A DNA stretch of 32,000 nt from Vibrio vulnificus CMCP6 (GTDB lineage Bacteria; Pseudomonadota; Gammaproteobacteria; Enterobacterales; Vibrionaceae). The translations under genes and the position numbers were made by a program. The stretch lies in contig NC_004459.3 in NCBI RefSeq assembly GCF_000039765.1, positions 2,511,127 through 2,543,126 on the forward strand. Direction: 5' to 3'. Positions 9,037 through 17,666 of this stretch are shown here, in pieces (the stretch's first letter is position 1; every line of letters begins with the position of its first letter). The notes beneath the pieces were generated by a model. The model was not told the origin of the DNA and ran no database searches. It saw only the letters and a list, made by a program, of their open reading frames with translations.

Positions 9037-9354
9037 CTAGATCATAGGGCCTCTGGGGCAGCCAATTGAAATTACTTCCCCGTAGCTTGTTGTGGGCGTG
9101 AATATCATGGCTAAATCAAAGGGTAGAAAAACAACATCTGTAGCTAAATTTATTGGTACTGCCACTAACGATAAAGGGCTTAAAGCGTAGTCGACCGCTG
9201 TTCCCCGAAAGAAGCAAGGCAGACGGACTACTGACAATGCCGTTCCGGAAAATGGTTTGCCATAACCTCCGTAACCATGTGCATCCATCGATGAGCAACC
9301 AGACGTTAAAGTAACAAGTAGTAATGATAGTACTATTTTTAAACTGAATTTCAT
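9037..9354 (-). CDS. YceK/YidQ family lipoprotein, encoded against the array direction
   Basis: MKFSLKIVLSLLLVTLTSGC lipobox-like; PFSGTALSVVRLP...SLVAVPINLATDVVFLPFDLA. Confidence 0.75.
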   Translation of the reverse strand: MKFSLKIVLSLLLVTLTSGCSSMDAHGYGGYGKPFSGTALSVVRLPCFFRGTAVDYALSPLSLVAVPINLATDVVFLPFDLAMIFTPTTSYGEVISIGCPRGPMI

Positions 9355-9502
9355 TTACCTAGACCTTAGCTAACGTTTTATTAATGAATGAATATCAGAT
9401 AACTTTATAGCTAGCGCTAATCGTTTTCTAATGATTGGTTGTTTTTGAATCAAAAAATGTGCTATTGACGAAGAAATACTAATTTTCATAGAGTTAGCAA
9501 AC

Positions 9503-9629
9503 ACATAACAAGGCGTTTAAGCGGGATTCATGCCGCGTGGCATTTTTAGTATGCGGTGAGTTTTGGTGGTGAAAGTAGTGTGCGGAAAGTTGGTTTATGC
9601 GGCATTCACCCCTTAACGCAGCGTTATAA
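9503..9629 (+). repeat. attC site 16 (VCR-like)
   Basis: ACATAAC...TTAACGCAGC GTTATAA. Confidence 0.94.
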
Positions 9630-9643
9630 GCCTTAATTGGATA

Positions 9644-10183
9644 ATGGTAAATATGGAAACAGAGAGACTTAAACTACTACCTCCTTCAATGGAGTATCAA
9701 CCTTTGATGCTCGAAGCGATATTGGAAAGCCAAGACGAACTTGGTGTCTACCTTCCGTGGGTTCCATATGCTTTAACAGAAGCTGGTTCCATTGAAACTA
9801 CGCAACAAGCTATCAATAACTTTGAGAATTTTGAAGGTGAGTTACGCTATTCAATCATAGAAAAAAGTACAGGGCACTTTCTTGGTGCAATAGGGTTAAT
9901 CATCCGTGATAAAACGGTTCCGTACTTTGAAATTGGTTATTGGTTACGTAGTTCAAGTGTTGGTAATGGTTTCATTTCTGAAGCAGTGAAAGCACTAGAG
10001 TCATATGCGTTTAATGAGCTTAACGCTAACCGAGTTGAAATTAAAGCAGCCGAACACAACTTGAAAAGTCGAGCGGTAGCTGAGCGTTGCGGGTATGTTT
10101 TTGAAGGTATTTTACGTAATAACCGAAGGTTGCCGTCAGGCGATTTGAGTAGCACGGCAGTTTATTCGAAAACAGGCACTTAG
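9644..10183 (+). CDS. GNAT family N-acetyltransferase, RimJ/RimL-like
   Basis: METERLKLLPP...YFEIGYWLRSSSVGNGFISEAVKALESYAF...NLKSRAVAERCGYVFEG. Confidence 0.9.
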   Translation: MVNMETERLKLLPPSMEYQPLMLEAILESQDELGVYLPWVPYALTEAGSIETTQQAINNFENFEGELRYSIIEKSTGHFLGAIGLIIRDKTVPYFEIGYWLRSSSVGNGFISEAVKALESYAFNELNANRVEIKAAEHNLKSRAVAERCGYVFEGILRNNRRLPSGDLSSTAVYSKTGT

Positions 10184-10193
10184 TATCAAGTTT

Positions 10194-11254
10194 GAAGTGC
10201 GACACTTTTTACAGGTGCGCATGAATATACTCCGTTGGTGTCCTATACCCAAGTCTTTTGCGTGGGCGCGTATTTAATTTGTGTGCAATTTCATTGCAGA
10301 GCTTCTGTGTTACGTGTGACATAGAAGTTCGTTTTGGTAAGTATTGTCGTATCAAACCATTGGTGTTTTCATTAGTCCCTCGCTCCCATGAATGGTATGG
10401 ATTTGCAAAGTAAAACAGACAGTTATGATGTTTTTCCAGTTGTGCATAACCATGAAATTCAGTGCCGTTATCCGCAGTTATCGTCTTAAAAGGTAAGTCA
10501 GAGCGGGTCATGATTTTGCTCATTCTTACGTTGAGCGACTCGCTTGTTCTATCGTCCATTTGCCCTATAAAAGTGTAGCCAGTCATTCTGTCGACTAAAG
10601 TTACGATACAGTGCTTGGTTCCGCGGCCAACGACGGTATCAATTTCCCAATGGCCAGGCTCATTTCGATGCTCAGCTTTTGCAGGTCTTTCGGTAATATG
10701 ACGCTTTGCTGCCAGCCGACCTCGGCTGTCTTTTGAGTTATATCTTTTGCGCCTTTTCTTGGTCGATTGGCGTAGATGTTTCCATAGTGTTCCACCGAGA
10801 GTTTTGTCGTTCCAAATATGCTGATAAATGAGCTCGTGGCTCATTGTTGGATAGCCTCTTACCCTTAGGTATCCGACGATTTGGTCAGGGCTCCAATCCA
10901 GTCGTAGCAAGGCTTCAGGTAACCTGAAGTCGATTTCGCTATAGCGCTTGTTTCTGCGCGAGCGGCTTAGCCGGTTGCGAGCCATCTGTTGGGCTCTCCA
11001 TGCTTGATAGGAGAACCTTCTAAAGTGTCTGTTGTATCGGGAATTACGTTCAATTTCTCGATAGATAGTAGCTTTGTGACGACCTAGTTGTTTAGCTATT
11101 TTAGCGGTACTAATTCCTTGCTTTCTGAGCGCAGAAATCATATACCTTTCGTTCTCAGTGAGGTGCGTGTATCTCATGTTTTTTACTTCTTGGCGGGAGC
11201 AAACTTCATGATTATCGCATCTCACTGTTTTTATGTTCAGAGGTGTCGCACTTC
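10194..11254 (-). mobile_element. IS30-family insertion sequence, about 1061 bp
   Basis: Transposase ORF flanked by inverted 12-mers GAAGTGCGACAC (10194-10205) and GTGTCGCACTTC (11243-11254). Confidence 0.85.
10209..11177 (-). CDS. IS30 family transposase
   Basis: MRYTHLTENERYMISALRKQGISTAKIAKQLGRHKATIYREI; DDE core EIDTVVG, ITADNGTEF, ENTNGLIRQYLPK; start set at the internal ATG at 11177. Confidence 0.95.
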   Translation of the reverse strand: MRYTHLTENERYMISALRKQGISTAKIAKQLGRHKATIYREIERNSRYNRHFRRFSYQAWRAQQMARNRLSRSRRNKRYSEIDFRLPEALLRLDWSPDQIVGYLRVRGYPTMSHELIYQHIWNDKTLGGTLWKHLRQSTKKRRKRYNSKDSRGRLAAKRHITERPAKAEHRNEPGHWEIDTVVGRGTKHCIVTLVDRMTGYTFIGQMDDRTSESLNVRMSKIMTRSDLPFKTITADNGTEFHGYAQLEKHHNCLFYFANPYHSWERGTNENTNGLIRQYLPKRTSMSHVTQKLCNEIAHKLNTRPRKRLGYRTPTEYIHAHL

Positions 11255-11271
11255 GTACTTGAATCCAAGGC

Positions 11272-11399
11272 ATATAACAAGGCGTTTAAGGCGGATTCAC
11301 AACGCTTGGCGATTTCAGTTCAAGTTGAATTTAGTGTTTAAGGTACAATGGTTTAAGTTTGGTGGTTAGCGTTGTTCACCACTTAACGCGGCGTTATAT
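11272..11399 (+). repeat. attC site 17
   Basis: ATATAAC AAGGCGTTT...CTTAACGCGGC GTTATAT. Confidence 0.93.
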
Positions 11400-11413
11400 G
11401 AAAAGGTCGAAAT

Positions 11414-11977
11414 ATGTACAAGTTTCCGGGAATATTACCAGAACACTCAGCTCCAGAAGTCTGGAGGCTACAACAGTTCTTACTTCAAGAAGCAGAAAGC
11501 TTATTGGGGCGAATCGAGCAAGATAAGAAAGTATATCAACCTACGTTTTCAGAAAATACTACGAGTGGTCCATGTATTATTAATAGCGTTAACTTTGATG
11601 GAGCTTGGGCTAAGTTGAGTCATAATTCTAAAGGTTATTGGCCCTGTGCTTTATATGAACTAGCGCATGAAACAATTCATTTGTTAAATCCAGTCGCTGG
11701 TTATACAAACTTTCTTGAAGAGGGTGTTGCAGTGGCATTTTCTGTCGATATGTCCAGTAAGTATACTCAGCATCCAATGTCGCCTTCAGATAAATTTTAT
11801 TCTAGAGCGCATGAATTGGTACAGAAGCTACCAGATGGCATTTATGAAAGTGCAAAGAAAATAAGGGAACGTTGTGGTTCTCTTGGTAACGCTTCAGTAG
11901 ATGCTCTTGCTGAACTGTTTCCAGAATTGGACGCTAAAATTATAGAAGAATTATGTTCAGAGTGTAATTTCACATAA
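11414..11977 (+). CDS. hypothetical protein with HExxH motif (possible metallopeptidase-like fold)
   Basis: LYELAHETIHLLNP...NFLEEGVAVAFS. Confidence 0.6.
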   Translation: MYKFPGILPEHSAPEVWRLQQFLLQEAESLLGRIEQDKKVYQPTFSENTTSGPCIINSVNFDGAWAKLSHNSKGYWPCALYELAHETIHLLNPVAGYTNFLEEGVAVAFSVDMSSKYTQHPMSPSDKFYSRAHELVQKLPDGIYESAKKIRERCGSLGNASVDALAELFPELDAKIIEELCSECNFT

Positions 11978-12099
11978 CAAGGCGTTTAAGACGGATTCAC
12001 AACGCTTGGCGATTTCAGTTCAAGTTGAATTTAGTGTTTAAGGTACAATGGTTTAAGTTTGGTGGTTAGCGTTGTTCACCACTTAACGCGGCGTTATGC
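11972..12099 (+). repeat. attC site 18
   Basis: ACATAAC AAGGCGTTT...CTTAACGCGGC GTTATGC; interior nearly identical to attC 17. Confidence 0.94.
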
Positions 12100-12564
12100 T
12101 TAATCAAATAAAATCAGTGGTTTATGGTTTTTCTTTGTTCCCTCAGCTTTTGGTCTTGTACTCGTCGGCAAGTTGGCTTCAGTGGCCGCTATTTTCTGGA
12201 CACATATTCTTTGGCGTTGGAAGTTCAGAGAATTGCCTCAATCAGTTTTCGGGTAAGCGCGAGGTTAGGGCGGCTGGCTCAATCAGCAATTTGATCTTAG
12301 GTTTTTGAGTTTTAGCAGCCAAATTTTAAAGTCTGATTTTCAAAAATTATGAGTCATTTCAGTTTTTTAGGTTTTGCCTTTTGTTGCCTAATCCTAGCCG
12401 AGTTAATCTTGTTCCTAGTAAAACGTAACCCATTGAAGCTTAAGCATAACAAGGCGTTCAAGTGGGATTCATGCCGCGTGGCATTTTTGGTTTGCGGTGA
12501 GTTTTGGTGGTGAAGGCGGTCTGCGGAAAGTTGGTTTATGCGGCATTCACCCCTTAACGCAGCG
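12094..12564 (+). repeat. ORF-poor repeated cassette, subfamily A copy 4
   Basis: TTATGCTTAATCAAATAAAATCAGTGG...TTAAGCATAAC. Confidence 0.9.
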
Positions 12565-12570
12565 TTATGC
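12444..12570 (+). repeat. attC site 19 (VCR-like)
   Basis: GCATAAC...TTAACGCAGC GTTATGC. Confidence 0.95.
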
Positions 12571-13034
12571 TTAATCAAATAAAATCATTGGGTTATGGTT
12601 TTTCTTTGTTTCCTTAGCTTTTGGGTTTTGTGCTCGTCGGCAAGTTGGCTTCAGCGGGCGCTGTTTGCTGGACATCAATTCTTTGGCGCTGAAAATTCAG
12701 AGAATTGCCTCAGTCAATTTTCAGGTAAGCGCGAGGTTAGGGCATCTGGCTCAATCAGCAATTTGAACTTAAGTTTTTGAGTTTAAGCAGCCAAATTTTA
12801 AAGTCTGATTTTCAAAATTATGAGTCATTTCGGTTTTCTATGTTTTGACTTTTGTTTGTAAATCAAAGTCGAGTTAATCTTGTTCCTGGTAAACGTAAAC
12901 CATTGAAGCTTAAGCATAACAAAGCGTTAAAGTGGGATTCGTGCCGCGTGGCATTTTTGGTATGCGGTTGGCTTTGGTGGTGAAGGCGGTCTGCGGGAAG
13001 TTGGTTTAGGCGGCACTCACCCCTTAACGCGGCG
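12565..13034 (+). repeat. ORF-poor repeated cassette, subfamily A copy 5 (61-aa frame intact)
   Basis: TTATGCTTAATCAAATAAAATCATTGG...TTAAGCATAAC. Confidence 0.9.
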
Positions 13035-13040
13035 TTAGGC
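12914..13040 (+). repeat. attC site 20 (VCR-like)
   Basis: GCATAAC AAAGCGTTA...TTAACGCGGC GTTAGGC. Confidence 0.94.
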
Positions 13041-13062
13041 GCTATTCACTTTAGGATTAGGG

Positions 13063-13542
13063 ATGAACGTAGAATTTAAAGTGATCAATTTGGCGCAAGA
13101 TTATGATTTTTGCGTAGCTGCTCGAAAGGATGCTTACTATTGCAGTTTCGAGACCTTTTCGGGTTTTGATGATTTCATAGCAGGTTATCGAGAACGAGTC
13201 CAAGAAAGGCAATCTGAAGCAGGTTGGTTTTACATCCATATCTGGTTGGATGGAAAATTGGTAGGGCAGTTAGAGTTTCGTTCTTTTTCATCCGAGCCAG
13301 AGACTGGTTATGTTCATTTGGTTTACTTGTTGCCTGAAGTTCGCGGTTCTGGTTTGAGCCAGCAAGTTCAGGTCTACATCGAAACAGAATTAGCACGAGC
13401 TGGTTGTGATCGTGCTGTGCTTTCCGTGAGTAGAACGAACGCAAGGGCGTTAAGGTTCTATAAGCGTAATGGTTGGGTATATTGTTGCGCTAATCCGAAG
13501 CACGCTGAAACTGATTTTTACCAATTACAGCTGCGCGCCTAA
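13063..13542 (+). CDS. GNAT family N-acetyltransferase
   Basis: GYVHLVYLLPEVRGSGLSQQVQVYIETELARAGCDRAVLSVSRTNARALRFYKRNGW. Confidence 0.92.
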   Translation: MNVEFKVINLAQDYDFCVAARKDAYYCSFETFSGFDDFIAGYRERVQERQSEAGWFYIHIWLDGKLVGQLEFRSFSSEPETGYVHLVYLLPEVRGSGLSQQVQVYIETELARAGCDRAVLSVSRTNARALRFYKRNGWVYCCANPKHAETDFYQLQLRA

Positions 13543-13663
13543 CAAAGCGTTAAAGAGGGACTTGGCACGCGTGGCATTTTCAATTTGCGTCGGGTTTAGT
13601 GGTTAAGGTGTGATGCGGTCACGTTTGTAGTGCGTGCCTGCGCCCCTTAACGCGGCGTTATGT
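13537..13663 (+). repeat. attC site 21
   Basis: GCCTAAC AAAGCGTTA...TTAACGCGGC GTTATGT. Confidence 0.94.
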
Positions 13664-13676
13664 GCTTGGAGGATAA

Positions 13677-14126
13677 ATGGATATTTCCTATGAACTTGTA
13701 ACTCAGGAAGATCAGCAGTTAATTTTAGCTTTAGGCGAATCTGTTAACGAAGAGTTTGTTATTCCCTATCTGAGCTCCGACGGTCAGGAAGCTATGCGAA
13801 ATGCTCGTAAAGGTGATATTGAGCAGGCTACAAATACTGACATCTACACTTCAATTAAAGCTGTTAAAAACGGTGCAATAGTCGGTTATGTTGCTTGGAG
13901 AGAAGGGAACTATATTGCACAGTTATATGTCAGTGCAAAGAATCAGAATCAAGGGATTGGCAGAGGCTTGATTAACCAAATGAAAAGACATAGTGGGGTT
14001 TCAAGCATTGAATTAAAAGCCTCAGTTAACGCAGTAGGTTTCTATAAGCGGCTAGGTTTTCAGTCCGTAGATACTGAGCAAGTTAAAAATGGTATTCGTT
14101 ATGTGCCGATGGTCTTAAAGCTGTGA
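13677..14126 (+). CDS. GNAT family N-acetyltransferase
   Basis: YIAQLYVSAKNQNQGIGRGLINQMKRHSGVSSIELKASVNAVGFYKRLGF. Confidence 0.9.
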   Translation: MDISYELVTQEDQQLILALGESVNEEFVIPYLSSDGQEAMRNARKGDIEQATNTDIYTSIKAVKNGAIVGYVAWREGNYIAQLYVSAKNQNQGIGRGLINQMKRHSGVSSIELKASVNAVGFYKRLGFQSVDTEQVKNGIRYVPMVLKL

Positions 14127-14132
14127 CTACGC

Positions 14133-14258
14133 ACATAACAAACTGTTTAAGAGTGATTCGCAACGCGTGGCATTTTTAGCATGCGTTGGTCTATGTGATT
14201 AAGGTGGTATGCGGCAGCTTCGGTATTGCGTTGCTCACACCTTAACAGGGCGTTAGGG
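14133..14258 (+). repeat. attC site 22
   Basis: ACATAAC AAACTGTTT...TTAACAGGGC GTTAGGG. Confidence 0.94.
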
Positions 14259-14299
14259 CTTTTTATTACTTATGTGGTTAATTTATACAAGGACAATAG

Positions 14300-14758
14300 A
14301 TGAACGCTAGAACAATACTATCCATTGGTATTCGAATTTTTGCAGTGTTTTTGATTTTGGAAGCAGTTTACACGACTTCTTCGCTTATGGCAGTTAAGGA
14401 TATTGCCCGTGAAAATATGGGGTTACTGGTCGTCGCGGCAGCTTATGCCGTAATAGCTATAATTGCTTGGAGTTTTCCGTTTACCATAGCTAAAAAATTA
14501 ATGCCAATTGAGGTCAACACAGAAGAAGTAACATCTATAAGCGCATTTGATCTGGCAAGGGTTGGTGTAGCGTTGATGGCTCTCAACTTAATTATTAACA
14601 GTGCATGGTCAGTGATACCAGCAATCATCTCAATATCAAGTCACTACGGTGGTGACCCAACGTCATCACTGTCGTCATTGATGATGTTGGTTGTAGGAGT
14701 ATCTCTATTAGTAGGCAACAGAAAGGTTGCATACATCTTAGTCGCTAAGCAGCCCTAA
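14300..14758 (+). CDS. hypothetical multi-pass membrane protein
   Basis: About four hydrophobic segments; fills the cassette. Confidence 0.65.
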   Translation: MNARTILSIGIRIFAVFLILEAVYTTSSLMAVKDIARENMGLLVVAAAYAVIAIIAWSFPFTIAKKLMPIEVNTEEVTSISAFDLARVGVALMALNLIINSAWSVIPAIISISSHYGGDPTSSLSSLMMLVVGVSLLVGNRKVAYILVAKQP

Positions 14759-14878
14759 CAAACGCTTTAAGACGGATTCACAACGCGTGGCATTTGTGTT
14801 TTGCGGTAAATTTAGTGAATTAGGTGGTGTGCGGAAGCTCTGGTATTGCGTTGCTCACCACTTAAGCGGGCGTTAGGT
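14755..14878 (+). repeat. attC site 23
   Basis: CCCTAAC AAACGCTTT...CTTAAGCGGGC GTTAGGT. Confidence 0.9.
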
Positions 14879-14893
14879 GAATTTGGGGAAATA

Positions 14894-15409
14894 ATGCAGC
14901 AAATTTTGGAAACTGAACGTTTAATTCTTAGATCATTTAAGCAGTCTGATGCTGAGCAAGTATCAGTATTAGCTGGTGATAAACGAATCGCAGAAATGAC
15001 AGCAAACATACCGCATCCATACGAAGTTTCAGATGCAATTTCATGGATTGAAACACATGAAATTGGTTTTGCCAGCGGAGAGAGTATTGTTTATGCGATT
15101 GTACATAAAGAATCGTTAGAGCTTATTGGGGCCGTGAGTTTGCCAAGCTTAAAAGATGGCCAAGGTATATTAGGTTATTGGTTGGGTGTCGATTTTTGGG
15201 GGCAGGGTTATGCGACAGAAGCTTCAAAGGCGCTAATTGAGTACGCAAAAGAATCTCATGGATTGAGAGAGTTAAAGGTTATGCATCTTGTTGGTAATGC
15301 TCGTTCAAAGTCAGTTATCGATAAACTTGGCGTTACTTACATAGAAAATCAAACACTTCGTATGCAAGGTGGTGAACGCGAGGTTTGTGTTTATATTTCA
15401 GCGGTATAA
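14894..15409 (+). CDS. GNAT family N-acetyltransferase, RimJ/RimL-like
   Basis: MQQILETERLILRSFKQSDAEQ...GYWLGVDFWGQGYATEASKALIEYAKE...NARSKSVIDKLGV; start set at 14894 rather than TTG 14846. Confidence 0.9.
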   Translation: MQQILETERLILRSFKQSDAEQVSVLAGDKRIAEMTANIPHPYEVSDAISWIETHEIGFASGESIVYAIVHKESLELIGAVSLPSLKDGQGILGYWLGVDFWGQGYATEASKALIEYAKESHGLRELKVMHLVGNARSKSVIDKLGVTYIENQTLRMQGGEREVCVYISAV

Positions 15410-15413
15410 ATTC

Positions 15414-15540
15414 ACCTAACAAAGCGTTAAAGAGGGATTCATGCCGCGTGGCATTTTTGGTATGCGGTATGTTTTGGTGGTGAAAGTGGTCTGCGGGAAG
15501 TTGGTTTAGGCGGCATTCACCCCTTAACGCAGCGTTATGT
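15414..15540 (+). repeat. attC site 24 (VCR-like)
   Basis: ACCTAAC...TTAACGCAGC GTTATGT. Confidence 0.94.
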
Positions 15541-15559
15541 TTTATTGGGAAACTTTAAT

Positions 15560-15973
15560 ATGTCAGATTTAATTCAAGAGATTAAAAGCCTAAGTTCACA
15601 CCAAATTATCTATTCATTGGCTTTTTCTGCAGCCATTATATCTCCGGGCTTGCTTATAATTTTTACATACAAGAGAGAGCTGTTTTTAAATCTAGATCTT
15701 ATTAAGCTTCTGATGCTATCAGTTAGCCTGTCAGTTCCAATTATTGTGTGTGCAACTTTACTTGCAGTGTATGATACGGACGAACAGTCATTGGATAAAA
15801 TAACTTTTTTTGGCTACTTTATTAGTTTGATTTTAGTGTATCCAACACTGTTTTCTGCTTATCTGTTATCTTTTTCATTTAAAACGTTTTCTTTTATGCT
15901 GTTAGGTTCATATCTTGGGCTCTTTTTTATGACTTGGTTTAATAAAAAATCATCAACGCTGAAAAAAACATAA
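15560..15973 (+). CDS. hypothetical multi-pass membrane protein
   Basis: Hydrophobic segments throughout; ATG at 15560. Confidence 0.6.
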   Translation: MSDLIQEIKSLSSHQIIYSLAFSAAIISPGLLIIFTYKRELFLNLDLIKLLMLSVSLSVPIIVCATLLAVYDTDEQSLDKITFFGYFISLILVYPTLFSAYLLSFSFKTFSFMLLGSYLGLFFMTWFNKKSSTLKKT

Positions 15974-16093
15974 CAAGGCGTTCAAGAGGGATTCATGCCG
16001 CGTGGCATTTTTGGTATGCGGTGATTTTTGTGGTGAAAATGGTCTGCGGAAAGTTGGTTTAGGCGGCACTCACCCCTTAACGCAGCGTTATGT
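15968..16093 (+). repeat. attC site 25 (VCR-like)
   Basis: ACATAAC...TTAACGCAGC GTTATGT. Confidence 0.94.
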
Positions 16094-16108
16094 GCAGCAG
16101 GAGATTGT

Positions 16109-16582
16109 ATGACAAAAAAGGAAGAGCTAAGTAAACTTGAATACAAAATGTTCAGCCAGGCAATGCGTGGGTTTCATGAACCAGAAGGTTCTATCGCTAG
16201 GATATTGACTATTCACCTGATAACAGAGGCAGTCTTAGAGAAAATCATAGGTTTAATATTAGATAGGCATGCTTCAGCGGTTCTGAGTGTCAGCCTTTCA
16301 TATAGACAGAAATTAGAACTATGCTCTAAGTTACAATTTGAAGATGGCGAGAGGGTTCTCAATAGTTCCGTGGTTGGTTCTCTAAAAAAGCTAAATACAC
16401 TACGAAATAACCTAGCGCATAAGTTGGATCATGAAGTCACCAAGGAAGAGCTACTTTCTGTGTTTTACGTCATAGAGCCCAATATTCCCGACGAAGTGTT
16501 ATCATCTGATTTAGAGGTGATTGTAAAGTCATATCATGCCCATATATTCCCTTTGATGTTTGGTCGGAAAGTAAGCACATAA
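16109..16582 (+). CDS. hypothetical helical protein with Rx4H (RNNLAH) motif, HEPN-like candidate
   Basis: LKKLNTLRNNLAHKLDHEV; fills the cassette. Confidence 0.55.
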   Translation: MTKKEELSKLEYKMFSQAMRGFHEPEGSIARILTIHLITEAVLEKIIGLILDRHASAVLSVSLSYRQKLELCSKLQFEDGERVLNSSVVGSLKKLNTLRNNLAHKLDHEVTKEELLSVFYVIEPNIPDEVLSSDLEVIVKSYHAHIFPLMFGRKVST

Positions 16583-16701
16583 CAAACTGTTCAAGCAGAT
16601 TCGGCACGCGTGGCATTTTGGGTTTGCGGTGAGTTTTGTGATTACGGAGTAGTGCAGAGGCATTTGTATAGCGTGCCTCACTACTTAACAGGGCGTTATG
16701 C
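16577..16701 (+). repeat. attC site 26
   Basis: ACATAAC AAACTGTTC...TTAACAGGGC GTTATGC. Confidence 0.93.
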
Positions 16702-17166
16702 TTAATCAAATAAAATCAGTGGTTTATGGTTTTTCTTTGTTTCCTCTGCTTTTGGGTTTTGTGCGCGTCGGCAAGTTGGCTCCAGTGGGTGCTGTTTGCT
16801 GGACACTTATTCTTTGGCGCTGAAAATTCACAGAGTTGCCTCAATCAACTTTCGGGCAAGCGCGAGGTTAGGGCGGTTGGCACAATCAGAAATTTGATCT
16901 TAGGTTTTTGAGTTTTGATTACCAAATTTCAAAGTCTGATTTTCAAAACTATGAGTCATTTCGGTTTTCTACGTTTTGGCTTTTGTTTGTGAATCAAAGC
17001 CGAGTTAATCTTGTTTCCAGAAAAACGTAACCCATTGAAGCTTAAGCATAACAAGGCGTTCAAGAGGGATTCATGCCGCGTGGCATTTTTAGTATGCGGT
17101 TAGTTTTAGTGGTGAAAGTGGTCTACGGGAAGTTGGTTTGTGCGGCATTCACCCCTTAACGCAGCG
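16696..17166 (+). repeat. ORF-poor repeated cassette, subfamily A copy 6 (61-aa frame intact)
   Basis: TTATGCTTAATCAAATAAAATCAGTGG...TTAAGCATAAC. Confidence 0.9.
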
Positions 17167-17172
17167 TTATGT
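17046..17172 (+). repeat. attC site 27 (VCR-like)
   Basis: GCATAAC...TTAACGCAGC GTTATGT. Confidence 0.95.
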
Positions 17173-17627
17173 TTAATCACGTAAAATCAGTTGCTTGCAT
17201 CTTTTTTGGCTTTCTAATTTTGGTCTTGTCGGCAAGTGACTTTAGTGGTCGCTGTTTTCTGGACTTCAATTCGTGGGCGCTAAAAATTCAGAGAACTGCC
17301 TCATTTAATTTCAGTGTGTTTGTAAGTTGAATGAAGCGATCCTAGTTTCAAAGTCTGAGCTCCAGTTTTGGTATCTCACGCTAAAACTCAATATCAGTAA
17401 AATCAAATTTATGAGTTAATTCAGTTTTTTAGCATCTGGTTTTGGTTTGCAGAGGTAAGTCTAGTTAAGCTATTGGTGTCGTTAAACTTAACCCTTTGAG
17501 CCTTAAACATAACAAGGCGTTCAAGAGGGATTCATGCCGCGTGGCATTTTTGGTATGCGGCGAGTTTTGGTGATGAAAGTGGTCTGCGGGAAGTTGGTTT
17601 GTGCGGCATTCACCCCTTAACGCAGCG
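17167..17627 (+). repeat. ORF-poor repeated cassette, subfamily B copy 2
   Basis: TTATGTTTAATCACGTAAAATCAGTTG...CTTAAACATAAC. Confidence 0.88.
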
Positions 17628-17633
17628 TTAGGC
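17507..17633 (+). repeat. attC site 28 (VCR-like)
   Basis: ACATAAC...TTAACGCAGC GTTAGGC. Confidence 0.95.
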
Positions 17634-17666
17634 GATTCGGATAAACTGAAGTGAAGAGATATAAAA

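Noticed and set aside
9116-9298. 60-aa + ORF opposite the lipoprotein gene
   Set aside because: Antisense shadow of the better supported YceK/YidQ-like ORF.
10601-10795. 64-aa + ORF inside the IS (also 11088..11369)
   Set aside because: Shadow frames of the IS30 transposase and the IS edge.
10194-11254. Target site duplication for the IS30-family element
   Set aside because: Flanks (...ATCAAGTTT | IS | GTACTTGAA...) show no convincing direct repeat, so none is claimed.
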